Source: a bacterium
GTDB lineage: Bacteria; Bacillota; Clostridia; Lachnospirales; Lachnospiraceae
NCBI GenBank assembly: GCA_963595255.1
Contig: CAVBHX010000003.1
Location: forward strand, 20,944-84,943
Length of the DNA stretch: 64,000 nt
Direction of reading: 5' to 3'
Shown: in pieces, positions 57,224 to 64,000 of the stretch
How the letters are laid out: each line of letters begins with the position of its first letter
How positions within the stretch are numbered: position 1 is the stretch's first letter
Translations under genes and position numbers: made by a program
The notes under the pieces: generated by a model
Told to the model about the DNA's origin: nothing
Seen by the model: only the letters and a program-made list of their open reading frames with translations
The model's database searches: none

Positions 57224-58593
57224 AATTGTTCATACCAGGCAGTCGTCTGGTCTTTATCCTTATTATTCATGAATACCGTATATTTCTTTGTCTTAATCTG
57301 TATGACTTCCGATTGTTCCAGCCACACATACATCCGGCATTTTCCCGATTCTGCTCCGTCAAATTTTCCAAGTAACTGTTTTTCATCAGCCGAACCATTG
57401 GTTTTACTAAAATGTTCCTCCGGAAGCCCATTTTTTAATAATTTTACGGATTTTATATCCTCTTTTTTTATCTCCGTATTGGTGTAACCGGATGTGATCT
57501 TAAAACTGCTGCCGCTATCTGCCAGATGTACCGGGACAAAGTCCATCCGGATCATCATAATACATACCCATACCAGCAATATCACCGTACCGGCCAGAAC
57601 TCCGCCAACCATACAACGTCCCACCGGTCTTCCAAGATTCGTTGTATAATTCATACCGTTAAAACGATCCTGGATAAACAGACGGCTGTCATCAGGATTA
57701 CTATACCAGCCATTCCGCCAGTAATAATCGTCATCTACAAACAGCGGCGTCTTATCCATCTGCAAAATTGCCTGTTTGGCTTTTCTCAGATACCAGTATC
57801 CGACAAATATTCCCACAACTGCCAGGAACAATATCACTGTATAAATATATCCAGCCATTTTTACTCCGGCATATATAAGATACAGCGTTGCAATGTCATT
57901 ACAGATACTTTCTGTCAGAAAGCCTGCTGACCAGTATCTTTTTTCCAGGTCATTCAGGCGGCGGTTGATCTGCGAGTCTTCACTGTATACTTTATTTCTC
58001 TGTCTTCTGAATATCCATGCACAGAATAAAAATGTCACCCATACAGCAATCCCGGCCCCAAAGATTGCACCCATCCCAGGAATGTCCTTGATTCCTGCTC
58101 TGACCTTTTCCGATACAAACGGAGCTGCTAAAACTGCCAATGTAAGCAGATGCAGCCACAGCGGAAGTGCCGCCTGTCCGCTTCCTGACGATAATCTGGT
58201 ATCTACCATCATCATCTGTCCACTCTCTTCGCTGCTCCATCCATATGCAACTTTCATATCATAAAGTCTTCTGTGATTCCTGTAAATGAGATAGAGACTT
58301 CCGGCCATAAATTCAATCAACCATACACACCACGCAATCATGAAAATGGAAAAATACCAGAAACACAGACCACAGAGTAGTATTCCTGCAATCAGATTCC
58401 ATACATAGAACCTTTTTAATTTCTTCTTGTAATCCTGGATAAATGCGGTTACTGTTGTTCCTTTGGCATACTGTTCTTCCATATGTACGCCCAGGATCAT
58501 ACCCTCGTAATATTTTGTCTTGCCGCCATATACTCCATAAGTGATCGCAACTAAGAATAAATCCATTAAGACAAACACAATCGCCATCGTCAT
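57205..58593 (-). CDS. multi-pass membrane protein with a C-terminal bPH-like domain
   Basis: 462 aa with about 9 TM helices and a soluble C-terminal roughly 110 aa. There is a 4-nt overlap with the upstream GntR gene. Confidence 0.65.
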   Translation of the reverse strand: MTMAIVFVLMDLFLVAITYGVYGGKTKYYEGMILGVHMEEQYAKGTTVTAFIQDYKKKLKRFYVWNLIAGILLCGLCFWYFSIFMIAWCVWLIEFMAGSLYLIYRNHRRLYDMKVAYGWSSEESGQMMMVDTRLSSGSGQAALPLWLHLLTLAVLAAPFVSEKVRAGIKDIPGMGAIFGAGIAVWVTFLFCAWIFRRQRNKVYSEDSQINRRLNDLEKRYWSAGFLTESICNDIATLYLIYAGVKMAGYIYTVILFLAVVGIFVGYWYLRKAKQAILQMDKTPLFVDDDYYWRNGWYSNPDDSRLFIQDRFNGMNYTTNLGRPVGRCMVGGVLAGTVILLVWVCIMMIRMDFVPVHLADSGSSFKITSGYTNTEIKKEDIKSVKLLKNGLPEEHFSKTNGSADEKQLLGKFDGAESGKCRMYVWLEQSEVIQIKTKKYTVFMNNKDKDQTTAWYEQLKKAEP

Positions 58594-58985
58594 TCTGCTG
58601 CCACCTCCATTCTGCTAAATGCCTGTCTGCAATAATCCAGGAAATCTTTATAACTCATTCCGCGGATCTTCGCTTCTGCACTTAAGAGTTCCAGCTCTTC
58701 TTCTAATTTCTCCTGAAATTCTTCCTGGTGATCTTTCGCTTCATATCCGGGAAGGCAGATCACAGTTCCCCGCCTGCGGTCCGTCTCTATGAATCCTTCG
58801 GATTTTAACAGCTGATACGCCTTACTTACCGTCATGTTATTGATTCCCAGGTCTGCTGCCATCTGCCGGACGGTTGGAAGAAGTTCGCCTTCTTCAAATT
58901 CTCCTTTTCCAATACCCATTACGATCTGGTTGCGGAGCTGGAGGTAAATTGGAATTTCGGATTTCATATTTATTTTTATGATCAT
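58590..58985 (-). CDS. GntR-family transcriptional regulator (YtrA subfamily)
   Basis: 131 aa. Winged HTH LPTVRQMAADLGINNMTVSKAYQLLKSEGFIETDRRRGT and a short C-terminal helical region. Confidence 0.88.
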   Translation of the reverse strand: MIIKINMKSEIPIYLQLRNQIVMGIGKGEFEEGELLPTVRQMAADLGINNMTVSKAYQLLKSEGFIETDRRRGTVICLPGYEAKDHQEEFQEKLEEELELLSAEAKIRGMSYKDFLDYCRQAFSRMEVAAE

Positions 58986-59091
58986 GTGTTAGCCCTCTCT
59001 TTCTTTTTGATTAGCTGTCGTTTTATTCTTCTTACTTTGTATTATATGTCATTATACAAATAATGCAATACTTTTCTTGCATACTTTGGTA

Positions 59092-59150
59092 TAAAAAATC
59101 CGCACAGACACTGGAAATCTTAACATTTCCTCAATCTGTGCGGATTTTTC
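59092..59150. terminator. terminator downstream of the citrate synthase-hydrolase unit
   Basis: AAAAAATCCGCACAGA-loop-TCTGTGCGGATTTTT. Confidence 0.7.
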
Positions 59151-59176
59151 TTCCACATTTTATTCACTTAACAGTT

Positions 59177-60106
59177 TTATCTGCGATTTCTTTCCTCGAT
59201 CCACGCCAGGATATCCTGATACACATTCTGACGGTCTACTTCATTCAATATCTCATGACGGTCGCCCTTATACAGATGGATCGACACATCTTTTATCCCG
59301 GCATCTTTATATTTCTCATACACTCTGGTTACGCTCTTTCCAAACGCACCTACCGGATCGTCGGCTCCCGCTGTGAAAAGCACCGGAAGTGTCTTCGGAA
59401 TCCGGTTCATGCTTCCCTTCCGCACCAGAACCTTCATACCGGTAAACATCTGATAATAGGCTCCCAGTGTAAATGTGTAGGAACACAGCGGATCCTGGAC
59501 ATATTCATCCCGCTTCTTCTTATCGGACGTGATCCATTCTTTCGATGTCTCACCCGGTTCGAATTTTTTATTAAATCCTCCGAAGCTCAGATTATCCACG
59601 AATGTGCTTCTGTATTTCCATCCTTTGAACGCTGCGATGATCCGGCAGACAATTCTTCCGGCACTGAGCGTAAGCGCGCCCTGGTATCCGGTCCCCATAA
59701 TAACGGCTCCCGAAAGTCCGCCTGCATACATCGTCAAATACTGACGCAGCAGGAAGGATCCCATACTATGCCCGAGCATAAAATACGGCACCTCCGGATA
59801 TTTCTTTCTCGTCATTTCCTGCAGCCGGTAAATGTCCCCGATCACATACTGATTGCCTTTGCGTTCATCAAAATATCCCAGATCCGCTTCCGTCTGTATG
59901 GATTTTCCATGTCCCAGATGATCATGCCCGACCACATAGTAACCGTGCCCGCACATAAATTTTGCAAACTCATCATAACGGTCAATGTACTCCACCATTC
60001 CATGGCAGATCTGTAAGATACCTTTTACCTCTCCATCCGGAATCCATTCGATCGCGTGAATCTTTGTCACGGAATCTCTGGACGTATAATAAAATTCATG
60101 TTTCAT
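59177..60106 (-). CDS. alpha/beta hydrolase (lysophospholipase / monoacylglycerol lipase-like)
   Basis: 309 aa. Nucleophile elbow GHSMGS, HG oxyanion motif (ICHGMVEY) and C-terminal DRH. Confidence 0.85.
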   Translation of the reverse strand: MKHEFYYTSRDSVTKIHAIEWIPDGEVKGILQICHGMVEYIDRYDEFAKFMCGHGYYVVGHDHLGHGKSIQTEADLGYFDERKGNQYVIGDIYRLQEMTRKKYPEVPYFMLGHSMGSFLLRQYLTMYAGGLSGAVIMGTGYQGALTLSAGRIVCRIIAAFKGWKYRSTFVDNLSFGGFNKKFEPGETSKEWITSDKKKRDEYVQDPLCSYTFTLGAYYQMFTGMKVLVRKGSMNRIPKTLPVLFTAGADDPVGAFGKSVTRVYEKYKDAGIKDVSIHLYKGDRHEILNEVDRQNVYQDILAWIEERNRR

Positions 60107-61491
60107 GATCTATCATCCATTCTGACATACTCTTTGTATTCGGCCAGCGGTCTGTACGCCGGACGAATAATCTTATCTACATTCTTAAGCTCTTCCAGAC
60201 GGTGCGCGCTCCATCCGACGATACGCGCTGCCGCGAAGATTGGTGTATAGAGTGACGGTGGAAGGTCCAGCATCCGGTACACAAGTCCGCTGTAGAAATC
60301 GACATTGGCATTTACACCTTTGTAGATCTTACGTTTTTCCCCGATGACTTCCGGTGCCATGTGCTCTACCTTCTCATACAGTGCATATTCCTTCTCGCAG
60401 CCCTTTTCTCTTGCAAGCTGTTTTACGAACTTTTTGAAAATGTCGGCACGCGGGTCAGATACAGAATAGATCGCATGCCCCATTCCGTAGATCAATCCTT
60501 TCTGGTCAAATGCTTTCTTATCCAGCAGGTCGTTCAGATACTGGCGTACCTCATCGTCATCTTCCCAGTCGCTGACTTTTTCCATCATATCATCAAACAT
60601 CTGTGTAACCTTGATATTCGCTCCCCCGTGCTTTGGTCCTTTTAAGGATGCCATAGCCGCCACGATCGTCGAATATGTATCCGTTCCGGATGATGTTACC
60701 ACGTGCGTTGTAAATGTCGAGTTATTACCACCGCCGTGATCCATGTGAAGGACAAGTGCCATATCCAGGATCTTTGCTTCCAGCTTGGTATATTTCTTAT
60801 TTTCCCTCAGCATCATCAGAATATTCTCTGCTGTCGATAATTCCGGTGACGGCGCATAGATGAACAGGTCATCACCCATGCGGTAGTTGTACGCATGATA
60901 GCCGTAGACCATCAGCATCGGGAACTGGCTGATCAGATTCAGGCACTGACGCAGTACATTCGGAATCGATGTATCGTCTGCATGCGGATCATATGTATAC
61001 AGACTCAGGATCGATCTGGACAGACTGTTCATCATATCACGGCTCGGCGCCTTCATGATAACGTCACGGACAAATGTCGGCGGCAGTGTACGTCTCTCCA
61101 CCAGTGTCTCGTGGAATGTCTGCAGTTCCTTCTGATTCGGCAGCTCGCCGAACAATAACAGGTAGGCGATTTCCTCAAATCCGTAATGCTTATCTTTTAA
61201 GAATCCCTGCACCAGATCTTTGATGTTATAGCCGCGGTAGTAAAGCTTTCCTGCACATGGCACTTCTTCTCCGTTCACGATCTTCTTCGCACATACGTCG
61301 GAAATGTTCGTGAGTCCCGCAAGGACACCTTTTCCGTTCAGGTCACGGAGTCCTCTTTTGACTTCGTACTTCGTATACAGGTCTTTGTCTATCGCATTAT
61401 TCCTCTCGCAGAGTTCTGCAAAATGGCTGATTTCCGGTGTTACCTCAAATAATGTCTGTGTCTGATCGTCTTTTCTGTCCATCGTCATCAT
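60103..61491 (-). CDS. gltA: citrate synthase
   Basis: 462 aa. Citrate synthase catalytic His contexts (LVLHMDHGGGNNSTF, GMGHAIY) and C-terminal ARIVGW.AH. Confidence 0.9.
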   Translation of the reverse strand: MMTMDRKDDQTQTLFEVTPEISHFAELCERNNAIDKDLYTKYEVKRGLRDLNGKGVLAGLTNISDVCAKKIVNGEEVPCAGKLYYRGYNIKDLVQGFLKDKHYGFEEIAYLLLFGELPNQKELQTFHETLVERRTLPPTFVRDVIMKAPSRDMMNSLSRSILSLYTYDPHADDTSIPNVLRQCLNLISQFPMLMVYGYHAYNYRMGDDLFIYAPSPELSTAENILMMLRENKKYTKLEAKILDMALVLHMDHGGGNNSTFTTHVVTSSGTDTYSTIVAAMASLKGPKHGGANIKVTQMFDDMMEKVSDWEDDDEVRQYLNDLLDKKAFDQKGLIYGMGHAIYSVSDPRADIFKKFVKQLAREKGCEKEYALYEKVEHMAPEVIGEKRKIYKGVNANVDFYSGLVYRMLDLPPSLYTPIFAAARIVGWSAHRLEELKNVDKIIRPAYRPLAEYKEYVRMDDRS

Positions 61492-61516
61492 CCTTTCTTG
61501 TATGGGGATAGCTAAT

Positions 61517-62389
61517 CTATCGGTTCTTACTCAACAGATCGCTTAACTTCGCAAATTCTTCCAGTGTCAGTGTCTCGCCTCTCACGCTCGCACCTTTCCC
61601 AAGTGCCTCGATCGCTGCTTCGACCTCTTCTTTTGTAAAATCTAAAGTTGCCGCATTCTTCAGGCCGTTCGCCAGTGTCTTCCTTCTCTGATTGAAAGAT
61701 GCACGAATGATATTGAACATCAGCTTCTCATCCTGCACCTGTACCGGCTTCTCCTGGTGGCAGGTCAGACGGATGACCGCTGATCCTACCTTCGGTCTTG
61801 GCATGAAGCAGTTCGGCGGAACATTTGCCACGATATACGGATCGGCATAATACTGCACTGCTAACGACAATGCGCCGTAATCCTTATTGCCCGGTCCGGT
61901 CTGCATACGGTCCGCAACTTCTTTCTGCACCATAACTGTGATACTCTCCACCGGAACTTCATTTTCAAAAAGTCCCATAATAATCGGCGTCGTAATATAG
62001 TATGGCAGGTTCGCCACTACTTTGACCGGCTTTCCGTTATTCTCTTCGTCCGCCAGCTTCTTAAGATCCAGCTTCAATACATCTTCATTGATGACACGTA
62101 CATTGTCATATCCGCTTAATGTATCCTCCAGGATCGGGATCAGGTTCTTATCGATCTCCACTGCGATCACCTTTCCTGCCGCCTGCGCCAGATATTGCGT
62201 CATCGTACCGATTCCAGGTCCGATCTCCAGCACCATGTCATCCTTCGTGATATTTGCCGACTGTATGATCTTATCCAATACATGTGTATCGATCAGGAAA
62301 TTCTGACCGAACTTTTTCTGAAATGAAAAATTATATTTCTGCAGAACCTCTATTGTATTCTGCGGATTACCTAACGTTGGTTCTTTCAT
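61517..62389 (-). CDS. rsmA: 16S rRNA (adenine1518/1519-N6)-dimethyltransferase
   Basis: 290 aa. KKFGQNFL, VLEIGPGIGTMT and NLPYYITTPI motifs. Confidence 0.95.
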   Translation of the reverse strand: MKEPTLGNPQNTIEVLQKYNFSFQKKFGQNFLIDTHVLDKIIQSANITKDDMVLEIGPGIGTMTQYLAQAAGKVIAVEIDKNLIPILEDTLSGYDNVRVINEDVLKLDLKKLADEENNGKPVKVVANLPYYITTPIIMGLFENEVPVESITVMVQKEVADRMQTGPGNKDYGALSLAVQYYADPYIVANVPPNCFMPRPKVGSAVIRLTCHQEKPVQVQDEKLMFNIIRASFNQRRKTLANGLKNAATLDFTKEEVEAAIEALGKGASVRGETLTLEEFAKLSDLLSKNR

Positions 62390-62542
62390 AGATCCTCCCG
62401 TGTTGTGTGATTTCTTGATTATTCCCCATTATACAATAATTTGCTTGGGATTGACAGTGATAAAAAATGAAATATGTATAAATCTATATATAAATGGAGC
62501 CGGGGGATTAAAAAAATCCCCCGGCCCCGGTTATATTCCACA

Positions 62543-63949
62543 TTATCCACAGATTTTGTCAATCCATGCGAATAACTCTTCCAGATCGTAGTCTCCGGCA
62601 TGCGGCATGCCCCATGGATACTGAAGTTCTACGTCTACTCCATGATTCTCAAGGCTGGCCGTCAACATTGCCGAGATTGCCAGTGATGTATCTCTGTCGA
62701 CCGCTCCGTGACGGATGCGGAAATGTTCTGCTTTTACTGCTTTGTCATCTGCGATATAATTCATCGGATTCATCATCTTGATCTGCTGCCCGTCGGCAAG
62801 CTCTCCATTCACTGCACTATGTTCTTTACTGAAGGCAGTGAAGTGACGGTATTTTGTATCCGGTGTTCCGAACAGCTCATTTTCCGGCGTTCCCATAGAT
62901 ACGTTATCAAATGCCGGTGTTGCTTTCATACGTGTTCGGAATCTGATGTATTTGTCAAAATCCACTTTTGTTACGGTACCATTTTCGATCGTCATCCAGT
63001 CCAGTCCTGACAGATCGGTGCCTTTTTCATACTCTTTCTGTACACATTTCTTCACATAAGAAAGAACATATTCTTTGAAGCTTCCGTCTCCGTTCTCATC
63101 CAGTTCCAGTGCATTTCCCTCCGTGTCTTTCAAACCAAATCCATTCACATAAGCCGGGAATAATGACTTTAATTCTTCTGCCATCTTCTGCTGTGCTTCG
63201 GTCATCGTTCCTTCATCCACGATGAATGTCGGATCCGTCTCCCCTTCCTGCGGCGGAATCTCTATTTTCTTGGAATAATCATTTAATCCGCAGAATTCCC
63301 ACTCGTATGCCATGTCGGCATGGTCCAGATTGGTAATCGGGCAATAGCAGGATGCCGCATAGATCGCATCGCTTTCTTCTGCTGCTCCAAGCTTTTTTAA
63401 ATATGGCTCATAGTCCGGATGATTGCCTGTGCTTCCAAGAAGAGAAGACATTGCCCCACCGGCACTGGTTCCGTTGGAAATGATCTTATTTACATCTCCC
63501 GGAACAGCTTCTGCATTATGGCGCAGGAAACGGATCGCCGCTTTCAGATCACAAAGTGCTGCCGGTGCACAGCCTAAGAACTTTCCATCTGCATCTTCCA
63601 TCTCTCTTCCACGCGCTCCTGCAGATACTACAACATATCCATGAAGCAGAGCGAAAAATGTTGCATTCGTCTTCCCATGTATGTTCTTTCCCGGACGTTC
63701 CTGTGGTCCCGGCATATATCCACCGATTGTATTCGGCAGAAAAATCGGTGCATTTTCCAGGTTATATCCATTCACAGATTTTCCTTCATAGAATACTTCC
63801 GGCACAAATATGCTGAGTCTCTCCATCTTGTCATCGACCGGATGGGTTACATACGGAAGATTCTCATATGCCCGGTAAGTAAGTGTCTGTCCTTCCATTG
63901 TGACAGTCTCTACTGTATATTTTTCTTGATCGAATACTAATTTACACAT
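62543..63949 (-). CDS. tanB: subtype B tannase (TanB-like tannin acyl hydrolase)
   Basis: N-terminal region LSIFVPEVFYEGKSVNGYNLENAPIFLPNTIGGYMPGP parallels the L. plantarum tannase ([38 protein letters not shown]). Nucleophile motif GTSAGG. The ATG at 63949 (MCKLVFD) has a GGAGAGAAGGA RBS, while the ORF extends to 63982. Confidence 0.8.
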   Translation of the reverse strand: MCKLVFDQEKYTVETVTMEGQTLTYRAYENLPYVTHPVDDKMERLSIFVPEVFYEGKSVNGYNLENAPIFLPNTIGGYMPGPQERPGKNIHGKTNATFFALLHGYVVVSAGARGREMEDADGKFLGCAPAALCDLKAAIRFLRHNAEAVPGDVNKIISNGTSAGGAMSSLLGSTGNHPDYEPYLKKLGAAEESDAIYAASCYCPITNLDHADMAYEWEFCGLNDYSKKIEIPPQEGETDPTFIVDEGTMTEAQQKMAEELKSLFPAYVNGFGLKDTEGNALELDENGDGSFKEYVLSYVKKCVQKEYEKGTDLSGLDWMTIENGTVTKVDFDKYIRFRTRMKATPAFDNVSMGTPENELFGTPDTKYRHFTAFSKEHSAVNGELADGQQIKMMNPMNYIADDKAVKAEHFRIRHGAVDRDTSLAISAMLTASLENHGVDVELQYPWGMPHAGDYDLEELFAWIDKICG

Positions 63950-64000
63950 TGTCCTTCTCTCCTGCCAGTTTGATTTGTTCAAATATTTTTATAGGTATTC

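Noticed and set aside
57113-57487. A 124-aa plus-strand ORF starting inside RNA repeat copy 2 (MDNNYRPPHKV...), with a parallel 26-codon ORF in copy 1 (MNNNYHPPHKV...).
   Set aside because: The shared residues come from the conserved nucleotide block. Downstream of it the two peptides diverge and shift frame relative to the conserved CACTTTAC. Copy 1 has no RBS, and the long ORF is antisense to a convincing membrane-protein gene.
62541-62549. A single TTATCCACA DnaA box, plus a near-consensus TTATCCACG at 8287..8295.
   Set aside because: These are isolated single boxes. The one at 62541 is formed by the last codons and stop codon of the tannase gene. Both are compatible with chance occurrence.
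1-64000. A search for CRISPR arrays, rRNA/tRNA genes, transposases, integrases and prophage modules.
   Set aside because: I saw no direct-repeat/spacer arrays, no tRNA-like cloverleaf candidates and no recombinase or transposase-like ORFs by eye. Gene content is core chromosomal throughout. A computational scan (tRNAscan, Infernal, ISfinder) would be needed to be definitive.

Overview
This window looks like a chromosomal, origin-proximal housekeeping and sporulation neighbourhood of a low-GC Firmicute, probably a Lachnospiraceae-type member of the Clostridia. All gene names come from my own recognition of protein motifs and synteny in the supplied ORF translations and DNA. No database search was run.

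Gene content, left to right:
- ftsH (5' fragment), hpt, tilS, a spoIIE-like PP2C phosphatase, divIC, yabQ, yabP, an S4-domain protein, hup, a cotS-like gene, cca, and proS with a T-box leader.
- A roughly 14.6 kb locus (10.3-24.9 kb). It holds surE, an FGGY kinase, an SDR, a DUF89 remnant, a GlpP-family antiterminator, a BCCT transporter, a YcxB-like protein, two tandem FAD-oxidase/EtfB/EtfA modules and a divergent MFS transporter.
- An rluA-family gene, spoVG, glgD, glgC and murC.
- A DnaA-box cluster, a dnaD/dnaB-like gene, a dnaI-like gene and prs.
- A YhaN/YhaO-like ATPase and nuclease with a VanRS-like two-component system, asnS, a PPi-type pfk and a small Fst-like peptide.
- A preQ1-I riboswitch with queT, ridA, an APC permease, patB/malY, a PucR regulator and an MFS transporter.
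- A large membrane-anchored protein, a SAM methyltransferase and a second two-component system.
- A stand-alone Spo0A C-terminal domain, a cupin, a GntR regulator with a membrane protein, a hydrolase, citrate synthase, rsmA and a TanB-like tannase.

I saw no rRNA, tRNA, CRISPR array, transposase or integrase.

Most interesting observations:
1. One leader design occurs three times. It is a promoter, then CAGTTAC, AAGAG and AGAGAnAGTAAC, then an intrinsic terminator with an alternative GTTAC/GTAAC pairing. The three copies precede the three transcription units of the 10-25 kb locus. This locus encodes a GlpP-family antiterminator but no glycerol genes, so it may be an uncharacterised, antitermination-controlled catabolic system feeding two ETF modules.
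2. Two promoter-bearing structured RNA-like repeats flank the cupin gene. They show compensatory hairpin changes and an exposed CCCCCCUCAU tract.
3. Three perfect, same-orientation DnaA boxes lie upstream of the dnaD/dnaI-like operon.
4. A covarying intergenic hairpin repeat occurs in three copies.
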